DNA of 32,000 nt from Trichlorobacter lovleyi SZ. GTDB lineage: Bacteria > Desulfobacterota > Desulfuromonadia > Geobacterales > Pseudopelobacteraceae. Positions 1-8,385 of the stretch are shown here, piece by piece. The stretch lies in contig NC_010814.1 of the NCBI RefSeq assembly GCF_000020385.1, positions 1,410,001 through 1,442,000 on the forward strand, given 5' to 3'. The stretch's first letter is position 1; each line of letters begins with the position of its first letter. The position numbers and the translations under genes are program-made. The notes beneath the pieces were generated by a model, which was not told where the DNA came from, ran no database searches, and saw nothing but the letters and a program-made list of their open reading frames with translations.

Positions 1-431
1 AGTCCTTTAATGCCTATTACTGATGCTGTAATAGACATTCTGTCCTTCTGCTCCTTTACGACAAGTTCATATAATTTATCCGCCTCTTTATCAATCACAG
101 TGATTATTTCATAGTATCTAGGGTTCATGGGGGTTCCCCCGATTTTTTCCAAACGGTAAGCTTCGTTTGACACCTGCTTTGCGAGCTTACTTAAAAGTTC
201 TCGAAAACGCCTGAAATTCTGGATAGTGGGCTCCTTCTCAAGGGCCTCACCCGCCGTATCAAGTGCGGCCCGAAGGTCGCTGATAGTCTGTTCATGCTGA
301 TTAACCTCTAGTTGCTTCGCCTGTAACTCTGACGAGAAAAGTGAAAATAAGCCTGGTTTGGGTGGCGTGGATGCCAGGGGCTGATGCCCCTTGCGAAGGT
401 CTTTTACACTGGTTTTGTCAGAGATTTTCAT
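1..431 (-). CDS. DUF327 (YaaR-like) family protein; the 3' end runs off the left edge
   Basis: It is absent from the ORF track because there is no in-window stop. My reverse-strand translation starts at the ATG (complement of 429-431), with GGGAG about 6 nt upstream. It reads MKISDKTSVKDLRKGHQPLAS...FRRFRELLSKLAKQVSNEAYRLEKIGG...YYEIITVIDKEADKLYELVVKEQKDRMSITASVIGIKG. This follows the DUF327/YaaR layout as I recall it, including the near-terminal IKGLL-type end. Confidence 0.6.
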   Translation of the reverse strand, partial: MKISDKTSVKDLRKGHQPLASTPPKPGLFSLFSSELQAKQLEVNQHEQTISDLRAALDTAGEALEKEPTIQNFRRFRELLSKLAKQVSNEAYRLEKIGGTPMNPRYYEIITVIDKEADKLYELVVKEQKDRMSITASVIGIKG

Positions 432-560
432 TATCATCTCCCGGGATAGAGTAGTAATTTAAGTTGAGCTCAGACTAGCATGTAAATACGGTTTTCAACC
501 AGATACCTGTATGCTACTCTTGCAGAAAATACAGCATAACTTGATAAATAGAGGCACGCC

Positions 561-2774
561 GTGCTTACAGTTGTTGAACGAAAAAAAAGGGTCAGAGAGG
601 CATTAGTCATTGTTCTGGCTATTCTGCTGATTGTCTTGTTGACCGGCGTGGAAATACGCTTGACACAAATCAGTTCCAAGGCGCCATTGTCAAGCAACGT
701 TGTTATCTTTGGCATGATAAATGTCATAGTTTTGCTCGTTGTTCTGCTTGTGTATCTCATAAGCCGAAATATTGTAAAGCTGTTAATAGAAAGTCGTGCC
801 AACGTATTAGCAACCCGTCTTCGAACCAAGCTTGTCATATCTTTCGTTGGTTTGTCTCTTGTCCCCACTATGCTGCTGTTTTTTGCCTCTGCCAGCTTCA
901 TAACCAACAGTATACAAAACTGGTTTAACGTACAGGTAGAGACGTCATTAAGCGAATCTTTGGAGGTGGCACAGACCTATTACAAGACGTCTGCCAGTAG
1001 TGCCTTGTTTTATGCCCGGCGTTTGAGCGAAACAATCAAGCGAGAACGGCTGTTAAACGATGATAGCCTTCCTCGCATGAAGTCGGTTGTCCGTGATAAA
1101 CAGAAAGAATACAACCTTGGCATTGTCGAGGTCTTTTCATCTCAACGTGAAGAACTGATACGTGCCTCAAACCCCGATGTGCCTCTAGGTGATTTAACAA
1201 GCCCAAACTCTGAGGACATTAATCAGGCGTTAGCCGGTCGTGAACTTACCAAGGTCAATTCTGTTGGTAAAGCGGATCTTATTCGTGGGATTGTCCCGAT
1301 ATATTCAACTTACAATGATCGTGACGTGGTTGGTGTCGTTGTTGTTAATTATTACGTCTCGCATTCTCTTGTCAGCAAGATGCGTGAGATATCTTCTGCC
1401 TATCAAGAGTTCAGACGTCTCAAGATTCTCAAAAACCCTATTACCACAGGTTATCTTCTGGTCCTTTTCCTTATTGCCTCCGTGATAGTTTTCCTCTCCT
1501 TTTGGATCGGTATTTATCTGGCCAACAGCATGACAAAGCCGATTCAGTCATTGGTTGAGGGAACACGAGCCGTCGCAGAAGGTGACCTTGATGTTGTCAT
1601 TGATGCAGAAGGGCCTGATGAAATAGGCATGTTAGTGCGCTCATTTAACACCATGATACTAGATCTGCGTACTCAACGGCAGGTTCTGAGTACTACGAAC
1701 GAAGAGCTGAAGCATATTAACCATGAGATTGAGTCGCGTCGTCGCTATATGGAGATCGTGCTGCGTAACGTGGCCGCAGGTGTTATTTCTGTTGATCGGG
1801 AGGGAGTCATAACTACCATCAATACCTCTGCTGAACGCCTGTTGCATATTAATATAGCACATGTTCTCGGGCGCAATTTCCGTGAAGTGATGCGTGAGGC
1901 ACATCTCGAAATAGTCCGTGACGCCTTACGAGATATGGCTCTTACCCGCCACGATACTATCAGCAGGCAGATCACCCTCGAGATGAGAGGTGAACGCAGG
2001 GTATTGCAGATGAACCTGACTATGTTGCGGGATGAACAGGGGGAATTTCTTGGTTCCGTTCTGGTGCTTGACGATTTGACGCAGATGGTCAAGGGACAAA
2101 GGATGGCGGCATGGCGAGAGGTTGCCCGCAGAATTGCCCACGAAATCAAAAATCCCCTGACACCGATCCAGCTCTCTGCGCAGCGTCTGAGGAAGCGGTA
2201 TCTTGAACGATTTTCCGGCGATGAAGATGGCAGGGTCTTTGACGAATGTACATCCATGATCAGCAAGGCGGTGGATGAATTGAAAATTCTGGTAAATGAG
2301 TTTTCAAATTTTGCCCGGATGCCTGCTGTTCAGCCAACAGAGAATAATTTGAATGATTTGGTGCGTGAAACATTGACGCTGTATCAGGAAGCACATCGTG
2401 ACGTTCAGTTCCAATTTGCTCCAGACCTGCAGTTGCCTTTCATTAAGATTGATAGAGATCAGATCAAACGTGTCTTGATTAATCTTCTGGAGAATGCGGT
2501 TGCTGCAATGGCTAACAAAGGCACGGTGATCATCAGCACTACTTATGATTCAGAACTTAAGATGGTTTCATGCTGTGTGGCCGATGATGGTCCCGGAATG
2601 AGCGCTGAAGTTAAATCGCGTCTGTTTGAGCCGTATTTTTCCACCAAAAAAGGAGGCACGGGGTTGGGACTTGCCATTGTTACCAGTATTGTGTCCGACC
2701 ACAATGGCTTTGTCAGGGTCCGTGACAACTCCCCTCACGGTGCCTGCTTTGTTGTAGAACTGCCGGCCACCTAG
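561..2774 (+). CDS. ntrY: NtrY-like sensor histidine kinase (TM, HAMP, PAS, HisKA, HATPase)
   Basis: 737-aa ORF with a GTG start and GAGG 6 nt upstream. It has N-terminal hydrophobic helices, a second TM plus HAMP-like stretch (IYLANSMTKPIQSLVEGTRAVAEGDLD) and a PAS-like segment. The H-box is HEIKNPLTPIQLSAQRL. ATP-binding boxes are present (LINLLENAV, DDGPGM, GGTGLGLAIV). Confidence 0.9.
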   Translation: MLTVVERKKRVREALVIVLAILLIVLLTGVEIRLTQISSKAPLSSNVVIFGMINVIVLLVVLLVYLISRNIVKLLIESRANVLATRLRTKLVISFVGLSLVPTMLLFFASASFITNSIQNWFNVQVETSLSESLEVAQTYYKTSASSALFYARRLSETIKRERLLNDDSLPRMKSVVRDKQKEYNLGIVEVFSSQREELIRASNPDVPLGDLTSPNSEDINQALAGRELTKVNSVGKADLIRGIVPIYSTYNDRDVVGVVVVNYYVSHSLVSKMREISSAYQEFRRLKILKNPITTGYLLVLFLIASVIVFLSFWIGIYLANSMTKPIQSLVEGTRAVAEGDLDVVIDAEGPDEIGMLVRSFNTMILDLRTQRQVLSTTNEELKHINHEIESRRRYMEIVLRNVAAGVISVDREGVITTINTSAERLLHINIAHVLGRNFREVMREAHLEIVRDALRDMALTRHDTISRQITLEMRGERRVLQMNLTMLRDEQGEFLGSVLVLDDLTQMVKGQRMAAWREVARRIAHEIKNPLTPIQLSAQRLRKRYLERFSGDEDGRVFDECTSMISKAVDELKILVNEFSNFARMPAVQPTENNLNDLVRETLTLYQEAHRDVQFQFAPDLQLPFIKIDRDQIKRVLINLLENAVAAMANKGTVIISTTYDSELKMVSCCVADDGPGMSAEVKSRLFEPYFSTKKGGTGLGLAIVTSIVSDHNGFVRVRDNSPHGACFVVELPAT

Positions 2775-2794
2775 GCAATGAATAGGAGAGATGT

Positions 2795-4183
2795 ATGTCG
2801 AAGTTGATCCTGGTTGTTGACGATGAAGAGAGCATCAGGATTTCGTTGGGCGGGATCCTTGAAGATGAAGGCTATCAGGTTTTGCATGCAGAAAATGGTG
2901 CTGATGCCCTTGACCTGATTCGTGAAGAGGTGCCGGATCTTGTGCTGCTTGACATCTGGATGCCCGGCATGGACGGTATTCAGACCTTGGAGCAGATCAG
3001 AAATCTTTTCCCTGATCTGACTGTGGTCATGATGTCGGGGCACGGCACCATTGAAACAGCAGTCAAGGCGACCAGGATAGGGGCTTTTGATTTTATAGAA
3101 AAGCCATTTTCTCTGGATAAAGTGCTGATTACCATCGCAAATGCTCTGAACTTTAAAGAGTTACGTAAGGAAAATGAGGCACTACGTCTGTCTGCACTGA
3201 AGGAACATGAGATGGTCGGGGCTTCCGCAGGAGTTGAGCTGTTAAGAGGCCAGATACAGCGTATTGCTCCTGCATCCACACCGGTTCTGATCCATGGAGA
3301 AGAGGGTGTCGGTAAAGAGCTCGTGGCCCGCGCCATCCATCATTACAGTACGCGTCGTGATAAACCCTTTGTGGCCGTTAACTGTATGGCCGTTCCCGAA
3401 GCGTTACTTGCCGATGAATTGTTCGGGCATGAGCGGGGAGCCTATACCGGCGCAAACAGCCAGAAACGTGGACGTCTTGATCTGGCAGATGGTGGCACTG
3501 TTTTCCTCGACGAAGTGCACGAGTTATCATTAAAGGCTCAAGGAGAGTTGCTGCGAATACTTACCGACCATAGTTTTGAGCGGTGTGGCGGGTCACGGCC
3601 AGTCCGGATTGATGTTCGGGTAGTCGCTGCGACCTCACGTTCACTGGAACGGGCAGTTCAGGATGGACTGTTCCGTGAAGATCTCTACCAGTTCCTGCAG
3701 GTGGTTCCGTTTGAATTGGTGCCTCTCAGGGAACGTAGCGAAGACATCCCCTTGCTGGTCAAGCATTTTGTGCGCTTATTCCATCGTCGTGAGGGGTGGG
3801 AGCCCAAGACCTTTGATGATTCAGCCCTTGCCTGCCTGAAAAGCTATGACTGGCCAGGGAATATACGTGAATTGAAAAATATCGTTGAACGAATATTGAT
3901 TATGGCTGCAGGGCCTGTGATTACAGCGGATGATTTGCCTGCACTGATGCCGGGAGGCAATTGCAAGGCATCGTCACGGCTACAGGAAGCTGCTGAACAG
4001 GGAGAGGCCGCAGTTGGGTCCTTGCGTTCCGCCCGTGAACGATTTGAGCGGGATTTTATCCTGCAGACCTTGCTTCGATCTGCCTGGAATCTCGACAAGG
4101 CTGCTGCATTGCTGGAGATGGAGCGGACGGTACTGCAGCGCAAGCTGCTCCAGTATGGTCTTACACCGGAAGACGAACGATAA
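2795..4183 (+). CDS. ntrX: Sigma-54-dependent response regulator (receiver, AAA+, Fis-type HTH), NtrX/NtrC family
   Basis: 462-aa ORF, 20 nt after the ntrY stop, with a GGAGAG RBS. Receiver domain (VVDDEE...LLDIWMPGMDG). Walker A is GEEGVGKE and Walker B is VFLDEV. The sigma-54 contact loop reads GAYTGA. The C-terminal HTH is WNLDKAAALLEMERTVLQRKL. Confidence 0.9.
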   Translation: MSKLILVVDDEESIRISLGGILEDEGYQVLHAENGADALDLIREEVPDLVLLDIWMPGMDGIQTLEQIRNLFPDLTVVMMSGHGTIETAVKATRIGAFDFIEKPFSLDKVLITIANALNFKELRKENEALRLSALKEHEMVGASAGVELLRGQIQRIAPASTPVLIHGEEGVGKELVARAIHHYSTRRDKPFVAVNCMAVPEALLADELFGHERGAYTGANSQKRGRLDLADGGTVFLDEVHELSLKAQGELLRILTDHSFERCGGSRPVRIDVRVVAATSRSLERAVQDGLFREDLYQFLQVVPFELVPLRERSEDIPLLVKHFVRLFHRREGWEPKTFDDSALACLKSYDWPGNIRELKNIVERILIMAAGPVITADDLPALMPGGNCKASSRLQEAAEQGEAAVGSLRSARERFERDFILQTLLRSAWNLDKAAALLEMERTVLQRKLLQYGLTPEDER

Positions 4184-4197
4184 TCTCAGGGGGACGC

Positions 4198-4980
4198 ATG
4201 TCACAGATACTGACGGCTGTTTATAATCAGGTTGCCACCATTGCGCTTAATCACCCGGAAACAAGAAACAGCCTCAGTTGCCAGATGCTGGAGGAAATGC
4301 TTCAGGCTATTGAACAGTTTTCACATGACGAAAATGTTCGGGTTCTGGTGATTCGTGCACCCCGGGGGACGAAGGTCTGGTCGTCAGGTTTTAATATCCA
4401 TGAGCTGCCGGTATCAGGTCGAGACCCCCTCTCATACAATGACCCGCTGGAATGCCTGCTGCGGGCTGTGGCCCGTTTCCATTCACCGGTGATCGCCATG
4501 ATTGAAGGGTCTGTCTGGGGAGGGGCCTGTGACCTTTCCTTTGTTTGCGATATTGCCATCGGCTGTCCAACCTCATCGTTTGCGATTACACCTGCCAAGT
4601 TAGGGGTACCCTATAATATTTCAGGCATCATGCATTTTTTCAATATTGTCGGCCCCCGGATAGCCCGCGAGATGTTTTATACGGCTGAACCTATCTCCGC
4701 TGAACGGGCGCTTCAGGTCGGCATCTTGAATCATCTGGTGTCTGTTGAAGAACTTGAGGCGTTTACCTATGCCATGGCTGGCAGGATAGCGGACAACTCA
4801 CCTTTGGCTAACCGTGTCATGAAGGAACAGCTGCGTTTGCTGGCTGATGCCTATCCTTTGCGTCCCGAGACCTTTGAATATGTCCAGGGATTGCGTCGTA
4901 TGGCCTACGATAGTAAGGACTATGAAGAAGGGAAGCGTGCCTTTCTTGAACGGCGTAAGCCGGTTTTTAGCGGGAAATAA
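4198..4980 (+). CDS. scpB: Crotonase-superfamily enzyme, methylmalonyl-CoA decarboxylase (YgfG/ScpB)-like
   Basis: 260-aa ORF whose ATG lies 14 nt after the ntrX stop, with a GGGGGA RBS. It aligns by eye along its full length to my recollection of E. coli YgfG (HELP..GRDPLSY.DPL, MIEGSVWGGA, LGVPYN, GILNH.V.VEELE, YDS.DY.EG..AFLE.RKP.F). Confidence 0.75.
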   Translation: MSQILTAVYNQVATIALNHPETRNSLSCQMLEEMLQAIEQFSHDENVRVLVIRAPRGTKVWSSGFNIHELPVSGRDPLSYNDPLECLLRAVARFHSPVIAMIEGSVWGGACDLSFVCDIAIGCPTSSFAITPAKLGVPYNISGIMHFFNIVGPRIAREMFYTAEPISAERALQVGILNHLVSVEELEAFTYAMAGRIADNSPLANRVMKEQLRLLADAYPLRPETFEYVQGLRRMAYDSKDYEEGKRAFLERRKPVFSGK

Positions 4981-5010
4981 ATCTGAACGTTGGTTGCGAG
5001 ATATGAACAT

Positions 5011-5047
5011 AAAAAGGGGATGCGATAGCGCATCCCCTTTTGTTTTA
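5011..5047. terminator. Bidirectional intrinsic terminator shared by scpB-like (+) and gltA (-)
   Basis: A 9-bp stem GGGGATGCG (5016-5024) pairs with CGCATCCCC (5029-5037) around an ATAG loop. It is flanked by AAAAA on the left and TTTTGTTTT on the right, so a U-tract follows the hairpin on either strand. Confidence 0.8.
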
Positions 5048-5065
5048 CAGCACCAGCGGGCGGTA

Positions 5066-6388
5066 TTAGTTACGGCCGCCAGCCTCAGCCCATTTCTCAA
5101 GCATTGCAGTGGTAACAGACTTGGGACGCTCAAGGGCGTAGCCCAGACCGCGGTCCCAAGTGATGTTGGCCATGCAGCCCAGTGCGCGGCCTACACCGAA
5201 CAGTACGGTGTAGAAGTCATACTCGGTCAGACCGTAGTACATCTGGATAACGCCGGACTGTGCGTCAACGTTCGGCCAAGGGTTCTTGGTCTTGCCGTGC
5301 TCAGTCAGAACGCCAGGAGCAACTTCAAAGATCTTGGCGATAACTTTGAACAGCGGGTAGTCTTTAAGGCCCGGGGTGTTGAGGCAGAACTCACGCTGTG
5401 AAGTGTAGCGTGGGTCGGTCTTGCGCAGAACAGCGTGGCCATAGCCAGGGATAACCTGACCAGCGTTGAGGGTATCCCACAGAGCAGCTTTGATCAGTTC
5501 TTCAGTAGGCTCTACATCCTTGCAGTACTTCTCCTGGAACTTCAGGGTCCAGTCCAGAACTTCCTGGTTGGCCAGGCCGTGCAGCGGGCCGGCCAGACCG
5601 TTCAGGCCTGCGGAGTATGCGTAATATGGGTCAGACAGGGCGGAGTGCACCAGATGGGTGGTGTGTGCAGATACGTTGCCGGACTCATGGTCGGAGTGCA
5701 GGATGAAGTACATACGTGCAACGTCCTTGTACTCCTCTTTCTGGCCGATCATGTGGGCAAAGTTGGCACCCATATCCAGGCTCGGATCGATAGCGATCTG
5801 CTTGTCACCACGGTACTTCAGGTTGTAGATGAAGGCAGCAATAATCGGGATACGGGCAACGATATCGCTGGCGTCTTCGTACACATACTCCCAAGCTGTC
5901 ATCTTGTTGAATTTACCGGAGTTGTAGAAGCCGGCAAACTTGGAGTCCTTCTGGAGGGTCAGCATCGCAACGGAAAGCATGACCATTGGATGGCTGTCAC
6001 GGGGCAGAGCGCGAAGTACATCAAAAACGTACTGAGGAACTTCCTGGCGGGTCTTCCATTCGGCAACAACTTCTGCTACCTGTGCCTCGGTCGGGACATC
6101 GCCGGTAAGCAGCATATACCAGAAAGACTCAACAGTGGGGTAGTTTGAGCCGGGTGCCTTAGGAAGGGCAGCAAAGGTCTCAGGAATAGTCTTGCCACGG
6201 AAGCGGATGCCTTCCTGGGGATCCAGGTAGGAAATGTCGGTTACCAGGCTGCGGATGTCGCGGGCGCCGCCGATGCACTGATCGATGGTTACTTCATCAA
6301 TCTTCACCTTGCCGAATTCTTTTACCAGACGGGTGGTGCGGGGACGATGCTCTTCGATTTTCTGCTTCAGAGTTTCCTTCAGAGCCAT
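5066..6388 (-). CDS. gltA: Citrate synthase, mitochondrial/eukaryote-like type
   Basis: 440-aa ORF with an AGGAG RBS. Motifs LDPQEGIRFRGKTIPE, HSDHESGNVSAHT and PGYGHAVLRKTDPRYTSQREF are near-identical to animal mitochondrial citrate synthase as I recall it. This enzyme type has been described as typical of Geobacteraceae. Confidence 0.93.
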   Translation of the reverse strand: MALKETLKQKIEEHRPRTTRLVKEFGKVKIDEVTIDQCIGGARDIRSLVTDISYLDPQEGIRFRGKTIPETFAALPKAPGSNYPTVESFWYMLLTGDVPTEAQVAEVVAEWKTRQEVPQYVFDVLRALPRDSHPMVMLSVAMLTLQKDSKFAGFYNSGKFNKMTAWEYVYEDASDIVARIPIIAAFIYNLKYRGDKQIAIDPSLDMGANFAHMIGQKEEYKDVARMYFILHSDHESGNVSAHTTHLVHSALSDPYYAYSAGLNGLAGPLHGLANQEVLDWTLKFQEKYCKDVEPTEELIKAALWDTLNAGQVIPGYGHAVLRKTDPRYTSQREFCLNTPGLKDYPLFKVIAKIFEVAPGVLTEHGKTKNPWPNVDAQSGVIQMYYGLTEYDFYTVLFGVGRALGCMANITWDRGLGYALERPKSVTTAMLEKWAEAGGRN

Positions 6389-6414
6389 TGTGTACTTCTC
6401 CTTTCGGGATAATG

Positions 6415-6434
6415 GTGCAACTAGTTAATTGCAC
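6415..6434. promoter_or_regulatory. Inverted repeat GTGCAA-N8-TTGCAC in the gltA leader/promoter region
   Basis: Read directly: GTGCAA (6415-6420), CTAGTTAA, TTGCAC (6429-6434). It lies 27-46 nt upstream of the gltA ATG at 6388. Confidence 0.35.
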
Positions 6435-6534
6435 AATACAATAAACGTTTTGAATATACTGTATACAAAAATTTTGGCTGTTATAACACCCTGTGGGGCC
6501 AAATACAACAGGTTTTTTGTATACTGAAACAACA

Positions 6535-7725
6535 TTATAAAATTACTAGTGCGTCGTCAGATCTGGTCAGCTGCTTCAGTCCATCGTTGCTGAGGTAGAA
6601 GGTGTTTTCAATGCCGACGGCTCCTTCGCCGGGGAAGACCACCTTGGGTTCAAAGGCCCAGGCCATACCAATTTCCATGACCTGATCCTTGAAACCTTTT
6701 GCAATAAACGGGTACTCATCAATCTCAATACCCAGGCCATGACCGATGAAGGAAACCTGTGAGCTGGGAGCCCCCATGAAACTGTCGGCATAGCCCAGCT
6801 CCATGGCAAGCCCGTGACAGCGGTCGTAGATTTCGCCCCAACTGATGCCAGGCACTGCAATCTCTTTCATAAGCTCCTGCACCTTCAGCATATCTTCAAA
6901 ACCTTGCGTAAGCCGGGCAGACAATGGGCCGATACTGAAGATGCGGGTCTGATCCACCAGGTAACCGTCAATGCTGCCGGCAAAGTCCATGATAATCGGC
7001 TCATTGGGGCCAATCGGTTTGTGACCGGCTCCCTGCCCAAAACAGGGAGAGGCTCCCAGGCCGCCGAAGGGGGTATCGGTGTAGGCCGGGACAGCACTGT
7101 CAGTGCCTGAGAAGGTATGGCCGAAAAACATTTCGCCATTGAAAACCCGCATCCTGATCAACCCCAGATGGCCATGTTTCCGTGCGGTGTATTCCAGTTC
7201 TGCTGCCAGCTCGATATCAGTCATTCCTACCTTGATGACTTCTTTGGCCCGTTCATAGATCTTGTGTACCTGGTCTGCAGCATCCTGCATCAGGTGAATC
7301 TCATAGTGACTCTTGATCATCCGTACCTGACGGATCAGGGGTGTTGCATCGCTGAAAACCACATTGGGCCAGACCTTGCGATAACGCTCCAGAAAGACAA
7401 CCGGCAGTACGTCAAATTCAAGTCCGATCCTTTTGGGCTCCGGGTATCCATAACTGCTGATTATGGCTGGTATATCCCTCGGGGCAGAAAAAGACAGTAC
7501 CTCTTTCAGCCCCGATTCCATCCGCGCCCGGGCCTGATCCCGGCGAACCAGATAGAGCGGCTGCCCCTGGGCTGGGACATACAGGCAGCCGTTCTGAACG
7601 GTGCCGGTAAAGTAATAAAGGTCTGCGTTCTGCACAATCAGCACCGCGTCAAGGTCAGCAGTTTGCATCAGAGCCTGCAGTTTCTTGCAGCGGTATTCAA
7701 GTTCAGTGGCCGGGGTTAGTCGCAT
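6535..7725 (-). CDS. M24-family metallopeptidase (Xaa-Pro aminopeptidase/dipeptidase-like, creatinase-type N-domain)
   Basis: 396-aa ORF. An N-terminal creatinase/prolidase-like domain is followed by pita-bread fold signatures (DFAGSIDGYLVDQTR, IGHGLGIEIDE, FEP, GIENTF). Confidence 0.85.
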   Translation of the reverse strand: MRLTPATELEYRCKKLQALMQTADLDAVLIVQNADLYYFTGTVQNGCLYVPAQGQPLYLVRRDQARARMESGLKEVLSFSAPRDIPAIISSYGYPEPKRIGLEFDVLPVVFLERYRKVWPNVVFSDATPLIRQVRMIKSHYEIHLMQDAADQVHKIYERAKEVIKVGMTDIELAAELEYTARKHGHLGLIRMRVFNGEMFFGHTFSGTDSAVPAYTDTPFGGLGASPCFGQGAGHKPIGPNEPIIMDFAGSIDGYLVDQTRIFSIGPLSARLTQGFEDMLKVQELMKEIAVPGISWGEIYDRCHGLAMELGYADSFMGAPSSQVSFIGHGLGIEIDEYPFIAKGFKDQVMEIGMAWAFEPKVVFPGEGAVGIENTFYLSNDGLKQLTRSDDALVIL

Positions 7726-7788
7726 GGTTGGTTAATCCTTTCTTCTGGTACTTGACGGCGAGGCTGGAACCGGCTAGGGTGCCGCACC

Positions 7789-8385
7789 ATGTCTGGACGA
7801 ATCTTTACCTCATTTTCAATTGGCCTCTTTACCATTATTCCGGCAGGTGATCCAACCCCAAATCCATGCGGTCTGCCGATTGTGCTGGGGAAAAAGGGGG
7901 CATTTGGCTCAGGTGAGCATGAAACCACTGCCTCCTGCCTTGAGCTTCTACCTGCTATTCCCGGCATCAAGGGCAGCCATGCGCTGGATCTGGGCAGTGG
8001 TACCGGTATCCTTGCCCTGGCTGCAGCCCGTCTCGGGGCTGAGGCGGTGGTTGCGGTTGATCTGGAAGAGGCCGCAACGGTTTCCTGCCGGGAAAATGTT
8101 GTTTTTAATGGGCTTGAAGGCAGGATTACCACGGTCTGTGGTGAGCTGGCCAGTATTGAGACACAGCTGTTTGATCTGATACTGGCTAATATCTATGCCG
8201 ACATTCTGCTGTCGCTGGCGGATCAGCTGGTGGGGATGACCAATCCCGGTGGGCATCTGCTGCTATCCGGTATCCCCTTGCAGGACAAATTTGACATAGT
8301 ACAACGCTACATCCGGTTGGGATGTAGCGTTGTTGACAGCAGAATAGGGGAGGAGTTTGCCACCTATCTGTTTGTAAGGCCGTAG
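7789..8385 (+). CDS. Class I SAM-dependent methyltransferase, PrmA-like catalytic domain only
   Basis: 198-aa ORF. GAFGSGEHETTASCLELL and LDLGSGTGILALAAARLGA..VVAVDLEE match the PrmA core. Only 63 bp separate it from the divergent peptidase start, so there is no room for a PrmA N-terminal domain. Confidence 0.75.
   Translation: MSGRIFTSFSIGLFTIIPAGDPTPNPCGLPIVLGKKGAFGSGEHETTASCLELLPAIPGIKGSHALDLGSGTGILALAAARLGAEAVVAVDLEEAATVSCRENVVFNGLEGRITTVCGELASIETQLFDLILANIYADILLSLADQLVGMTNPGGHLLLSGIPLQDKFDIVQRYIRLGCSVVDSRIGEEFATYLFVRP

Noticed and set aside
470-907. 145-aa minus-strand ORF spanning the DUF327/ntrY intergenic region and the ntrY 5' end.
   Set aside because: It overlaps the well-supported ntrY N-terminus. 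It has no RBS and its sequence is unremarkable. The ntrY frame explains the open reading here.
7716-8132. 138-aa minus-strand ORF overlapping the PrmA-like methyltransferase and the peptidase start.
   Set aside because: It is an Arg/Ser/Pro/Ala-rich, shadow-ORF-like translation opposite a gene with clear SAM-methyltransferase motifs.
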